Made by a program: the position numbers and the translations under genes. DNA of 64,000 nt, from positions 1 to 64,000 of the IMG/VR virus record IMGVR_UViG_3300046170_000478. The stretch is one strand, 5' to 3'. The number at the start of each line of letters is the position of its first letter. Within the stretch, counting starts at the first letter, position 1. This document shows, in pieces, positions 1 through 10,057 of this stretch. Source of the stretch: a virus. The notes under the pieces were generated by a model. It was not told where the DNA came from. It did no database searches and saw only the letters and a list, made by a program, of their open reading frames with translations.

Positions 1-1
1 A

Positions 2-1360
2 TATGGTATACATGTAGAAGGTGACAAGAACTATTTTGAAGGAAGCGTTGGTATAGGAACAACAAATCCATCCACTATATTCCACATCGACGATGATGCT
101 TCTACTGGGACAGGTCTTCTGCTAACTGGAGGTGGCCTTGGACAAGCACTAGCTACATTTACCCGTGATGTTGGTGGTAGTGGGACGATAGCTATAAATT
201 CTAGTGATTCACGCCCTCAAATTAAATTAGCGGCTTCATCTAATACTTTTGCGTTAGGCGTTAATGGCAGCACGTTTGAAATAGCAGATAATGATAAATT
301 AGGAACTAATCCACGATTAAGTATAACAAACACAGGAAATGTTGGTATAGGAACAACGGGTCCAAACGCTTTATTAAATGTCCAAGGAGATTCTGATCCA
401 ACAATTTTAATAAACGCTGTGACAGGAAACTCCGCAAATAGTGGTAAACTTGCTTTCGCGGAAACGGATGGTGGTGCTCATCAAGCGTGGATGAAGTATG
501 ATGGTTCTGCTAATAGATTAGAAATAGGAACAGCAGAAGTTTCTCAAGCTTTAGTAATAAAAAGAACTGACGGTAACGTTGGTATAGGAACAACTAATCC
601 ATCTCAAACTCTTCATGTTAAAGGTATCGGGATAATTGAAGATGCGAGTAGCACATCTTTCGGAACACTTCAATTTGGAACTGATACTTCGCGTTATGTA
701 AGAGGTAACTCTGCTGAAATACAATTTGGATCTACAATACAACAACTTCATTTCCAAAAAACAAACGGTCCTGCTCAAGTAGCTTCTAGCGCCGCAAATG
801 GAGTAACAGCTATACAATTACTAGCGAGAAATGTCCACACCTCTGCTAATCTTTTAGAGGTTGTAAATGGCAATGGTCAGACAGCAGATTTCGTTATTGA
901 TAGTGCAGGCAACGTTGGTATAGGAACAACAGCTAGTTTAGACAGCCTCTTGAATGTTGGCTCTCCTTCCGCAACTAATGTAAAAGTATCAAGGATAGCG
1001 GGTGACACTACAACCGTGTATCACTATGGAAGTTCAGCAGATGCAACATTAGAGTGGACTTGTGGTTCTTATTTCAACGCTGAAGTTGTGATAACGGCAA
1101 GCCAGACGAATGGTGGTACATACAACAACTTATACATAAGAGGTATATGGTCTAACAACCACACATCACATCATTGGGATGAACTAGAGCATGTTGGTAG
1201 TTTAACAGGCACAACTTTTACTATAACGAATGGACAGAATGGCTCTACAGCTGCTTCAGGTAGACTTACTCTTGGCGTGGATTATGTCAATGGTTCATTC
1301 GCCACTTTAAACATAAGAATTACAGATTTCTTCGGAACTCACGCATATACAATAACATAA
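2..1360 (+). CDS. Modular tail fibre/adhesin protein 1 (5'-partial)
   Basis: The frame of ORF 419..1360 is open back to position 2 (YGIHVEGDKNYFEGSVGIGTT...). It has four G(N/S)VGIGTT repeats separating variable beta-rich modules and a distinct C-terminal globular domain. Confidence 0.8.
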   Translation, partial: YGIHVEGDKNYFEGSVGIGTTNPSTIFHIDDDASTGTGLLLTGGGLGQALATFTRDVGGSGTIAINSSDSRPQIKLAASSNTFALGVNGSTFEIADNDKLGTNPRLSITNTGNVGIGTTGPNALLNVQGDSDPTILINAVTGNSANSGKLAFAETDGGAHQAWMKYDGSANRLEIGTAEVSQALVIKRTDGNVGIGTTNPSQTLHVKGIGIIEDASSTSFGTLQFGTDTSRYVRGNSAEIQFGSTIQQLHFQKTNGPAQVASSAANGVTAIQLLARNVHTSANLLEVVNGNGQTADFVIDSAGNVGIGTTASLDSLLNVGSPSATNVKVSRIAGDTTTVYHYGSSADATLEWTCGSYFNAEVVITASQTNGGTYNNLYIRGIWSNNHTSHHWDELEHVGSLTGTTFTITNGQNGSTAASGRLTLGVDYVNGSFATLNIRITDFFGTHAYTIT

Positions 1361-4300
1361 AAAAATGGCTATATTAACAACAACAGATCAGGGTCTCAAT
1401 TTTACGGGGGGGTCTTCTTTTATAAAGACAGGTACATCTACTGTCATGTCTTTCACTACCTCTGGTAATGTTGGTATAGGAACAACGAACCCATCGTCCA
1501 AATTATATATAGGAACTTATGGATCTTCTATTAATTCATCAACTCTACCGACAACTCCTGCAAACCATTTAATCACACTAACACCTCCATCAACTACAAA
1601 TTATTATGGTGGTGGTATTGGTTGGTCTGAAGGAACTAATGTCGCAGCAAGCATAAATGCGTATGACGCAGGTACTGGTGGAGCGTTAGGTCTTGTATTC
1701 TCTACAGGGAATAACACAACGCTTTCAGAAGCTTTACGTATCAATTCTTCTGGTAACGTTGGTATAGGAACAACTAATCCGAGTGCCAAGCTGGATATTG
1801 ATTCCGTTTTTACATTTAACACTTCAACTGATCTTTTAACTATAACCAATAATCAAAATACTGGTGGAATTAAATTATCTGGTGGAAATAGTAGAATATA
1901 TTTTGGTAATTATAGGGCTATTGAAGGCGATCAAGCTGGTGGCACATTATACATAGGTGAGGGCTATGGGGCGATATCTTTAATGGATGATGTCTATATA
2001 AATGGTCAGTTGACACTTAATGGCTACGTCCAAGCAGGAAATGTAAAATTTGAGAGGGGTGGAATCAATAATTCTTCATACACAATGCTTTGCACTGTTA
2101 ATGGTGATCGTCTTGCGTCTATTGTGAATATGACAATCACAGGAACGAGTGGCGGTGTTGTATTGTGTAGTTCTTTTGAGATAAACGTAAATCATTATCA
2201 AGACATACATGTTAGGTCTTTGAGCGGAGATTACACCGAAGCCACAATCAGAATCACAAGTAATAATAATGAAGATTATTCTATTGAATTAAAACACAAT
2301 GGTAGCACCACTACTACTGTGGAAGTTTGTGTTTTCCCACAGGCTGGTGAAACCATAACGCCCACAACAACAGACCCTAACTATACAGGCACTGAATACG
2401 TGCATCTAGCTACTGAAGGTATTAGATTTGGAGGAACTGATGGTGCAACTGAATCTTCTAATCTAGTAGTTGATGGTAAAGTTGGTATAGGAACAGCTAA
2501 TCCAGCGCAAAAACTCCATGTAAACGGAAATGTTGACATAGACAATGGAGGTATTCTATTGCAACAAGCTTACGGGATTAATTTTGGTGTTAGTGGGTAT
2601 GATATTGCGATGCCAACTACAACTAGGTTGGGTATTAAAACGGCAGGGTCCGAGAGTATATCTATATTAAACACTGGTAACGTTGGTATAGGAACAACTA
2701 GTCCAAGTGCGAAGTTACATATTAGCGAACAAGCTGAAAATAATTATTTCTTAAAATTACAAGGCACATATGGTTCAGGAAATACTTACGGATTTAAAAC
2801 AAATGGTGGGAACTCTGAAGTTTTAAGTTTATATGATTTAACGGCAAGTAATAGAATAGCGGTTTTCGGCAATACAGAAACATCATTTGCAACAGGTGGA
2901 AGCACTAGATTCTTAATTAATTCTGCTGGTAAAATACAAATTGGTAATAATATACCGATGTGGTCAGGATCTTATGGAGGTGCATTATTTTTAAAAGGTA
3001 ATAACGCGACCTCTGATAGATACGCTCAATTAACAGAGGTTGACTCTACTGGTGCTGCTATTAGCACTGGATTAGTTGTTCGTGCTGGCAACGTTGGTAT
3101 AGGAACAACTAGTCCTACAGCTAGTTTACATATAAATAAAAGCACTCCTTCAATAACTTTAGAAACCACAGCTAACTCAAACGATCCAATAATTAATTTA
3201 AAATCAAATGGAGCAATTACTGGTGAGGGCGCACAGATGTGGTATGACAATAGTATTGGTAGCCTTCACATCCAAACAACCTATCCAAATAATGCAGCAG
3301 ATATTGTTTTTCATACCGCAACTGGGGCTGATAAATCCACAGGGAATGTAAGAATGGTTATTGGCGGTGATGGCAACGTTGGTATAGGAACAACTAGTCC
3401 TGCTCAACCATTACATGTATTGAATGATAGTTCCGCAAACGTTCATGCTAAGATAAGAGTGCAAGGCGGGAGTACCTCTGGTTATGCTGATTTGGGAGTC
3501 CAATCAAATTATGTTAGGCTATTAGTAAACGATGTTCAGACAACAGCTTACTCTGGGGCTGTGCAATATAACTACATTAATGGAAACGTAGCTACAACTT
3601 TAACTTCAACAGGATTAGGCATTTCAACAACTAATCCACAAGCTGCTCTTCACGTAGCAGGATCTATAGGTAATTCACCAACAGGTGATGGTGTATTAAT
3701 GGGACTTAATAATAACTATGGACATATACAGCTAAACGGTTCCACTGGAAGTTACATAGATTTTTCTTCTTCAGGCGTAGATCGCAAAGGTAGAATACTT
3801 TACAATAATGCAGGTAATTATATGCAAATACAGACTAATGGGTCTGATAAAGTGCGTATTACCTCTTCAGGAAACGTTGGTATAGGAACAACTGGTCCAA
3901 GTCGCACATTACATATAGTTGATTCAGCAGGGCCAACTATAAAGTTTCAAAGAAGTAGCAGTGCAGATTTAGAATTTACATTTGGAACTGCTAACGCCTC
4001 AATAGCAAGTGCAGGAGAGATCCAGTTTAGAGCGAATGGAGGAACTACTAATAAGTTCATAATCAACAATTCGCAGATCCAATCAAATGCTAAGTTTCTC
4101 GTTAACACAAATTCAGGAATTGATGTCCATACAAGTGATAGTGGAAATATTTTATTAAGTGGCAACTCATCAGCCACAGGAAATCCTGATCAGTTTTTCC
4201 TTAAACACAATTTAGGCAATGTTGAGTTGGGGAATAGCAGAGGTAATATAAATATTACTAGTGGCAACGTTGGTATAGGAACAACTAGTCCAAGTAGACC

Positions 4301-6683
4301 TTTAGATGTCCAAAGTGCTGCTACATCTATTATTGCTAATTTTAAATACACGGGAGCAGCTTATTCATCTATTGATTTATCCAATACAGTAGGGTCTGCT
4401 AGGATATCCTCTTTAAATAATGATTTACTGCTTAGTCCTGCTGGCACAGAGCGTATGCGGATTAACTCCTCTGGCACAGTAGGGATAAACAACTCCTCAC
4501 TAAAAACAGTAAATACTTTTCAATCAAATTTATTTGTGGGCGAGACTTTATATATTGCGAATTATAATGTCGGAGGAAATCAGCAAGCTGTGTTCGGTTG
4601 TAATACTTATTACAATAGTGGGTATAAAGCAGTTACGGCTGCTACATCAGCCGCAATGATAAACATTGGTATTGGGGATTTCAACTTTAATACCGCTCCT
4701 ACAGTAGCAGCTGACGCTACACAAACGTTTACAACTCGAGTGGTTATTAAAAATAGCGGCAACGTTGGTATAGGAACAACTAGTCCGTCTAATAAACTTC
4801 ATGTTTATGAAGCTGTAAATAGAACTACTGCTATTGTTCAAAACAATAACCATACAGCAAGATTTGAAGCCTTTGGTAATGCTACAGCTATAGATACTAC
4901 AGCTAGTAATGGGGTTTTCATAAGGTATAATGGATCTAACAGGGTTCATTTTGAGGCAGGTGGAAACGTTGGTATAGGAACAGATAGTCCTGATCAAAAA
5001 TTAGAAGTTAATGGTAATGCCCATTTAAATTACTCTTTAATAGGCCGAGGGATTAGAAGCTCTAATCGTGGTGAGCTACACCTCAATGCTACAAGCACCA
5101 ATGATGTATCTGAAATATTCTTTGGTCATGGAGACGGTTACACGGAAGGTAACATAAGATGGGCTATCTCAGACAGAGGGTTTACTGATGGTAGATTAGA
5201 TCTATATAGAGGACCAGCATTTGGAGGTTTTTCAGCAATTCAAAGTTGGGATGAAAACGGCTACGTTGGTATAGGAACAACGAGTCCAGAAGCATTATTG
5301 GATATCGGTGGAGGAGATGGTACACCATTAGGTACACAGTTTAGAGCTGTTATTAAAGGAACAAGCGCAAGAACATTATATTTGGATTCTGATTCATCTG
5401 GAGCTTCTATGTGGTGGGGATCTGGCAATACCCCCCATTTTGCTATTGATTCTATAAGCGGTGGTGGAGCGGGTTTTTGGACATACAGTGGTGGGTGGAG
5501 TCAAAGATTAACTATTAACTCCTCTGGCAACGTTGGTATAGGAACAAATAATCCAGCTTCTAAATTAACAGTCGGGGGTAATGCTACAGGTTTTTCAACA
5601 GGAATGCAGGTGTGGCAATCTGGACAAACCGCTCTAAGTGGAGATGTAGGCGGCAAAGCTGCTACGTTTTTCGGGACATCAGGACTAAGCAATAGCTCTA
5701 TCGTAAATATATATTCTACTGATGCCTACACTACTCAACGTGGTGGTGAAATAGGTTTTGGAGGTAAGTATGCTTCAGCAGGTAATGTAGCGCAGTTTGC
5801 TAAAATAAGATCTTTTAAAACAAATGCAACCAACGGAGGGGTAAATTACGGTGGAGGTTTAGAGTTCTGGACAAGACCCAATGGGAGTGCAGCCGTACCT
5901 AGAATGCATATTAACGGCGACGGCAACGTTGGTATAGGAACAACGAGTCCTAATGCTATATTAGACATCAGCGATGCAACAAATGACAATTTAAGAATTG
6001 GTACTCGTGGTGGTAATATGAGTTTATTTTCTGTTACTGATGCTGGTGCTGCCTCTCCGTTAGCATTTGAAGGTTCTCAGTTTAATTTTATTACTGGCAA
6101 CGTTGGTATAGGAACAACGGGTCCTGCTACAAAACTACATGTTGTAGGAAGAGCAAGATTTGATGATACACAAATAAATGCAAAAGGTGTTTATGCTGAT
6201 TACTTTTCAAGTGGTCAGAGTTTAACTTTGAATAGTGGCGCATCTGCAAGTATATTATTTAAAATAGGTAATACTACTGCTTTAACTTTAGATTCATCAG
6301 AAAACGCAACCTTTGCAGGTTATACCTCTACCCCTAATTCTTATGCCCAGAATTTTTATGTAACATCTTCGGGGACAAATATTACCAATAGAATAGATAA
6401 TGATGGAACTCAGCTTTACATAACATATAGCGGAACAAGCAATCGTGCTTTAGAAATTAAAAATAGCAATGGCGATGCAACCTTTGCAGGTGATATTAGA
6501 TCAATCGGAACCATAGGAGTCACACAATCAGATGGTGATTATTTAGCTAAATTATATCAATCGTCTGCTGACGGGTTTTTAGAACTTTTCACTGGCCAAG
6601 CGACCCCTACATCTAGGACTAAAATAACATCGTATGGTGACTCTTATATTAATCCTAGTAACGGCAACGTTGGTATAGGAACA
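47..6683 (+). repeat. Dispersed in-frame 15-bp repeat GTTGGTATAGGAACA (19 exact copies)
   Basis: Copies start at 47, 341, 578, 914, 1470, 1758, 2481, 2682, 3093, 3378, 3876, 4269, 4764, 4968, 5265, 5532, 5928, 6102 and 6669. The extended 29-mer GGCAACGTTGGTATAGGAACAACTAGTCC is exact at 3087, 3372, 4263, 4758 and 6663. Confidence 0.95.
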
Positions 6684-7313
6684 ACTAGTCCAGCCTATAA
6701 ACTTGATGTCGCTGGCAGTGCTAGAATAGAAGGGGATTTAGATTTAGGGTCTGGTTTTAAAATAGCTAATTATGGCGGGAGTTATTGGCAAAGAATAAGA
6801 ACTGAAGATTCCTCTCTTTCTACAACTAACGCTTTTAACTTTGAAACACGAAACGGTTCAGGCTCTTTTATTGAACACATGGTTATCCGCAATGACGGTA
6901 ACGTTGGCATAGGAGTAACAAACCCTTCTTATAAACTCCAAGTTGGCGGTTCTATTGTAGGAACTTCTAAGAACTTTATAATCGACCACCCGACAAAAGA
7001 GGGTAAGAAATTACTGCACGGCTGTATTGAGGGTCCAGAAGCTGCTGTTTATTTCCGAGGGAAAAGCACTTCAAATATAATTGAAATGCCCGACTATTGG
7101 ATTGGTTTAGTTGATATCGACACAATGACGGTAGACATTACGCCTTGGGGACCAAATCAAGATATTTATGTAGAATCAATTGCAGATGATGGGGAAATAA
7201 CTATAGCTGCGAATACAGAAGAACCTCTTAATTATTTTTATGTCGTTTATGGAGAGCGTAAAGATATAGATAAGCTAGAGATAGAAATTGTAGACCCAGA
7301 ATATTCTGATTAA
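1365..7313 (+). CDS. Giant modular tail fibre/adhesin protein 2 (1982 aa)
   Basis: About 16 GNVGIGT-type repeats, Gly/Ser/Thr/Asn-rich. The C-terminal 'SKNFIIDHP...LLHGCIEGPE..VYFRG' domain is typical of phage fibre C-termini and may be chaperone-like (inference). Confidence 0.85.
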   Translation: MAILTTTDQGLNFTGGSSFIKTGTSTVMSFTTSGNVGIGTTNPSSKLYIGTYGSSINSSTLPTTPANHLITLTPPSTTNYYGGGIGWSEGTNVAASINAYDAGTGGALGLVFSTGNNTTLSEALRINSSGNVGIGTTNPSAKLDIDSVFTFNTSTDLLTITNNQNTGGIKLSGGNSRIYFGNYRAIEGDQAGGTLYIGEGYGAISLMDDVYINGQLTLNGYVQAGNVKFERGGINNSSYTMLCTVNGDRLASIVNMTITGTSGGVVLCSSFEINVNHYQDIHVRSLSGDYTEATIRITSNNNEDYSIELKHNGSTTTTVEVCVFPQAGETITPTTTDPNYTGTEYVHLATEGIRFGGTDGATESSNLVVDGKVGIGTANPAQKLHVNGNVDIDNGGILLQQAYGINFGVSGYDIAMPTTTRLGIKTAGSESISILNTGNVGIGTTSPSAKLHISEQAENNYFLKLQGTYGSGNTYGFKTNGGNSEVLSLYDLTASNRIAVFGNTETSFATGGSTRFLINSAGKIQIGNNIPMWSGSYGGALFLKGNNATSDRYAQLTEVDSTGAAISTGLVVRAGNVGIGTTSPTASLHINKSTPSITLETTANSNDPIINLKSNGAITGEGAQMWYDNSIGSLHIQTTYPNNAADIVFHTATGADKSTGNVRMVIGGDGNVGIGTTSPAQPLHVLNDSSANVHAKIRVQGGSTSGYADLGVQSNYVRLLVNDVQTTAYSGAVQYNYINGNVATTLTSTGLGISTTNPQAALHVAGSIGNSPTGDGVLMGLNNNYGHIQLNGSTGSYIDFSSSGVDRKGRILYNNAGNYMQIQTNGSDKVRITSSGNVGIGTTGPSRTLHIVDSAGPTIKFQRSSSADLEFTFGTANASIASAGEIQFRANGGTTNKFIINNSQIQSNAKFLVNTNSGIDVHTSDSGNILLSGNSSATGNPDQFFLKHNLGNVELGNSRGNINITSGNVGIGTTSPSRPLDVQSAATSIIANFKYTGAAYSSIDLSNTVGSARISSLNNDLLLSPAGTERMRINSSGTVGINNSSLKTVNTFQSNLFVGETLYIANYNVGGNQQAVFGCNTYYNSGYKAVTAATSAAMINIGIGDFNFNTAPTVAADATQTFTTRVVIKNSGNVGIGTTSPSNKLHVYEAVNRTTAIVQNNNHTARFEAFGNATAIDTTASNGVFIRYNGSNRVHFEAGGNVGIGTDSPDQKLEVNGNAHLNYSLIGRGIRSSNRGELHLNATSTNDVSEIFFGHGDGYTEGNIRWAISDRGFTDGRLDLYRGPAFGGFSAIQSWDENGYVGIGTTSPEALLDIGGGDGTPLGTQFRAVIKGTSARTLYLDSDSSGASMWWGSGNTPHFAIDSISGGGAGFWTYSGGWSQRLTINSSGNVGIGTNNPASKLTVGGNATGFSTGMQVWQSGQTALSGDVGGKAATFFGTSGLSNSSIVNIYSTDAYTTQRGGEIGFGGKYASAGNVAQFAKIRSFKTNATNGGVNYGGGLEFWTRPNGSAAVPRMHINGDGNVGIGTTSPNAILDISDATNDNLRIGTRGGNMSLFSVTDAGAASPLAFEGSQFNFITGNVGIGTTGPATKLHVVGRARFDDTQINAKGVYADYFSSGQSLTLNSGASASILFKIGNTTALTLDSSENATFAGYTSTPNSYAQNFYVTSSGTNITNRIDNDGTQLYITYSGTSNRALEIKNSNGDATFAGDIRSIGTIGVTQSDGDYLAKLYQSSADGFLELFTGQATPTSRTKITSYGDSYINPSNGNVGIGTTSPAYKLDVAGSARIEGDLDLGSGFKIANYGGSYWQRIRTEDSSLSTTNAFNFETRNGSGSFIEHMVIRNDGNVGIGVTNPSYKLQVGGSIVGTSKNFIIDHPTKEGKKLLHGCIEGPEAAVYFRGKSTSNIIEMPDYWIGLVDIDTMTVDITPWGPNQDIYVESIADDGEITIAANTEEPLNYFYVVYGERKDIDKLEIEIVDPEYSD

Positions 7314-7321
7314 CAAAATTC

Positions 7322-7350
7322 TTGATTTTAAAGCCCCTGCATTGTATAAT
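7322..7350 (+). promoter_or_regulatory. Sigma70-type promoter, leaderless configuration
   Basis: TTGATT-17-TATAAT, 6 nt upstream of ATG 7357. Confidence 0.7.
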
Positions 7351-7356
7351 GTCTTG

Positions 7357-8049
7357 ATGTTAAATTATGTATTTCTTATCCCTATAGATCATAGGGGAAT
7401 TCAAGGTAATTGTTTTGAACAGTATCTAAAACTCCAATCATGGTGTGACAAAAATAATTCAGCTATATTTACTTGTAGTGGATTATTCTTGAATTTTGCC
7501 AGAAATTTCTTAGCGACTGGGGGAGGTGGATTTCAAGACACTAGCCCTCCAGAAGCAGAGTGGCTTTTTTGGATTGACTCCGATGTTCAGTTTTCTATGG
7601 AGCATATAGAACAAATGATTAGAATCCCGAAAGACAAGAAATTTGTAACAGGTTGGTACAGATCTGATTATTCAGATAAGGCAATGGTAGGGAATTGGGA
7701 TGAAGATTTTTTTAGGAAAAACCTACATATGCCCTTTACCTCTGTTGAGTGGTTAGATAAATTGGGCAAAGAAAATCCAAATAAGCTGGTTGAGGTGGAC
7801 TGGTGTGGGTTTGGATTCACTAAGGTTCATAGATCCATTTACGAACAAATGGATTACCCATATTATCCATTGAGAACCGCAGACATTAAAGACTGTAATG
7901 ATCCCAACAAAGAGGGGGGAAAATTTGATGTGCATGATATGAGCTTTGAAGATGTTTCCTTCTGCAGGAATTTATACGATAAATTGAAAATCAAGCCTTT
8001 GGTTGTGCCGAGATTAAGAGTTGGGCATTTAAAATCCTTTTTTGTATAA
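7357..8049 (+). CDS. GT-A fold (GT2-like) glycosyltransferase
   Basis: WIDSD (DxD) motif, 'CGFGFTKVHRSIYE', 'SFEDVSFC'. Start moved from TTG 7342 to ATG 7357 on promoter spacing. Confidence 0.75.
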   Translation: MLNYVFLIPIDHRGIQGNCFEQYLKLQSWCDKNNSAIFTCSGLFLNFARNFLATGGGGFQDTSPPEAEWLFWIDSDVQFSMEHIEQMIRIPKDKKFVTGWYRSDYSDKAMVGNWDEDFFRKNLHMPFTSVEWLDKLGKENPNKLVEVDWCGFGFTKVHRSIYEQMDYPYYPLRTADIKDCNDPNKEGGKFDVHDMSFEDVSFCRNLYDKLKIKPLVVPRLRVGHLKSFFV

Positions 8050-8099
8050 TTTAGTGTAAGAATTAATAGATTAAACTAAATTTTAACATATAATTTATT

Positions 8100-8516
8100 A
8101 TGCCAGATTCCGATGATTCCGACTTGATTTTAGGTGATCCCGTTCCACGCGATGAGCCTTTTGTTGTTCCCGCTTCGCCAGAAGAGACTTATGACTCTGT
8201 ATGGCTCCGTAGTATCAATATCTATGCACCGAATAGTTCTGAAGCTGAGCCTCAGGGCGGCTCTCTTTCTATTGAGATGCTTCCTTATGATGGGTCAGAA
8301 GAAAAAGTCTTGATTACTGCAGATAACGAGGGAGTTGAATATATTAATGTTCCTAGTAGAGTTAATGGCCGCAAGCCTTTCTGGTCTTGTGTAGACGAGG
8401 TTCCAGAAGTAAAAGCTGCAATGGATGCTATTCTTGCTGCGATTCCCGCTTTACAAACTTGGGTTAATACACCTCCACCAGAGCCAGATCCACCAGAGCC
8501 GCCAGTAGGACCATAA
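8100..8516 (+). CDS. Hypothetical acidic protein with Pro-rich C-terminus
   Basis: 138-aa ORF preceded by GTGTAA (8054) and followed by a terminator. Confidence 0.7.
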   Translation: MPDSDDSDLILGDPVPRDEPFVVPASPEETYDSVWLRSINIYAPNSSEAEPQGGSLSIEMLPYDGSEEKVLITADNEGVEYINVPSRVNGRKPFWSCVDEVPEVKAAMDAILAAIPALQTWVNTPPPEPDPPEPPVGP

Positions 8517-8535
8517 TAAAATTAATTTTTAATAC

Positions 8536-8573
8536 AAAAAAAAGGGCGGATTTTAAAACTTCCGCCCTTTTTT
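8536..8573. terminator. Bidirectional rho-independent terminator
   Basis: A8-GGGCGGA...TCCGCCC-T6 between convergent genes. Confidence 0.85.
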
Positions 8574-8586
8574 ATTTAGATCAACT

Positions 8587-9072
8587 CTATTTAAGTAGCT
8601 CAACCCATTCTACTTTTTCTATAGGCCCATAGTAGAAGCTTTGGCTGTAATTACCACTATACCTTTTGTCACCACTTGTTTTAGTAACCCACTGGTCCTT
8701 AGTCTTACTCACTCCAAGAACAGCCATATGAGTCATTGCTTTGTTTAGATAGTAGTAAACTTCGGGTTTAATTTTAGCATTATCATAAGAATGCTTAGCG
8801 CATACCATAAAATTCTTGCCGAATGGCCAATCTTCTTTCTTTGTAAATTCAGCGCTTAACCCTTTTGTCTCGACTCTGATTTCCCTACCGTCCTTTGTCA
8901 CAATATACAAATCTCCATCGTCAGCGAAATCTCTAGGATTATCTCCTCTACCCATTTTTCGCATTGGTTTAATTATAACTTCATAGCCTTTTTTATGTAG
9001 GTGCATGGCAATAACAAAAGTGGCCGACGTACTAGCATCTAAATGCTTGATAAATTTATCGTAATTACTCAT
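8587..9072 (-). CDS. PD-(D/E)XK-like nuclease-fold protein
   Basis: 'DDGDLYIV...RVETKG' resembles the PD-(D/E)XK catalytic motif. First ATG is at 9072. Confidence 0.5.
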   Translation of the reverse strand: MSNYDKFIKHLDASTSATFVIAMHLHKKGYEVIIKPMRKMGRGDNPRDFADDGDLYIVTKDGREIRVETKGLSAEFTKKEDWPFGKNFMVCAKHSYDNAKIKPEVYYYLNKAMTHMAVLGVSKTKDQWVTKTSGDKRYSGNYSQSFYYGPIEKVEWVELLK

Positions 9073-9183
9073 TTTTATTTTTTCGTTTTGATTTTTCTGC
9101 TTCCTGAACAAACCATTGAGCAGGGTGAAACATTTTATCGTTGATAAATTGCAATATCTTTTTAATTATTTTTTTCATTTTGG

Positions 9184-9414
9184 TCAGGTTCTAGAAAGAA
9201 AACATGGAGTTGTATCTCCCATCCATGCCCCTATTTGATTAAAGTAAAAAAAATCAACGGCTTCATCTTCAGTCATGCCTTCAGCTTGTAAGCGATTAAT
9301 CACTTCTTGTTTATCATAACAATAGATAGTAGGTTGGCCAAATCTCTCAACTGTTCCAATTATACAATCGTCGTAGCCATCCATGACTAGCATTTCTGAT
9401 TCTTCTAGGTTCAT
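9184..9414 (-). CDS. Conserved phage hypothetical protein
   Basis: 'MDGYDDCIIG...FNQIGAWMGDTTP' pattern is typical of small aquatic-phage proteins. Confidence 0.7.
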   Translation of the reverse strand: MNLEESEMLVMDGYDDCIIGTVERFGQPTIYCYDKQEVINRLQAEGMTEDEAVDFFYFNQIGAWMGDTTPCFLSRT

Positions 9415-9417
9415 AAT

Positions 9418-10035
9418 TTAATAACCCCAACTATTTAAGGTATGCTGGAAAGGATTATGTTCAATGCCCCTAACTAAATCAAGCATATTCTCTGCTATTT
9501 CCCTGATTTCTTTTTGGGCTTGTTCGCTCTTTCGTAATTTAATAAAATTAGCGAAGCTTCTCATATTGAATTGAATATCAGCTTGAATACGGCTATTATA
9601 AGTTTTAAAGAAACGAGCAGATTCTTTTGCCCGTTTACGCCCTAACTCTGGTTCAAGATCAGCAAGGCATTTGTGGTAAAGTCTATTGCCGTCTTCAGTA
9701 TATTGCTTCAATTGTTTCTGCCAGAACTCTGGCCAATCATCAGGGATAAAAGTTTTGTCCTCTTTTAATTCTTTGTATCGCGCCGACTCAGCATTAAGCG
9801 AAGATAATCTATGCTTAAGTAAATGAATATGACTGGCAATATCACAATCAACAAGGAAATGGACGCTACCTTTTTCAAAAGGGGTCTCGTGTCCGTGGCT
9901 CCAAAGCATGTCGATGAGCTTCGGAATTCTCTCTCTTTTCTTTTCATCTAATTCTCTACTAGTTGATGTCCAAGCACTACAAGCGATAACTTCGTCACTA
10001 CCATAATAACCCAACAATTCTACTTTATTTTTCAT
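9418..10035 (-). CDS. thyX: Flavin-dependent thymidylate synthase
   Basis: 'GHETPFEK', ThyX motif variant 'KHRLSSLNAESARY', 'NMRSFANFIKLR...AQKEIR'. Confidence 0.9.
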   Translation of the reverse strand: MKNKVELLGYYGSDEVIACSAWTSTSRELDEKKRERIPKLIDMLWSHGHETPFEKGSVHFLVDCDIASHIHLLKHRLSSLNAESARYKELKEDKTFIPDDWPEFWQKQLKQYTEDGNRLYHKCLADLEPELGRKRAKESARFFKTYNSRIQADIQFNMRSFANFIKLRKSEQAQKEIREIAENMLDLVRGIEHNPFQHTLNSWGY

Positions 10036-10057
10036 AATATTACTTTATTATCACAAT

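Noticed and set aside
47-61. GTATAGGAAC is identical to 10 nt of the yeast FRT arm
   Set aside because: No paired inverted arm with an 8-bp spacer and no Flp-like gene; treated as coincidence.
47-6683. CRISPR array interpretation of the 15/29-bp repeats
   Set aside because: Spacers are 174-723 bp, variable and in-frame coding; no cas genes.
1365-7313. Diversity-generating retroelement target
   Set aside because: No reverse transcriptase, and no TR/VR pair with adenine-specific differences, was seen in the window.
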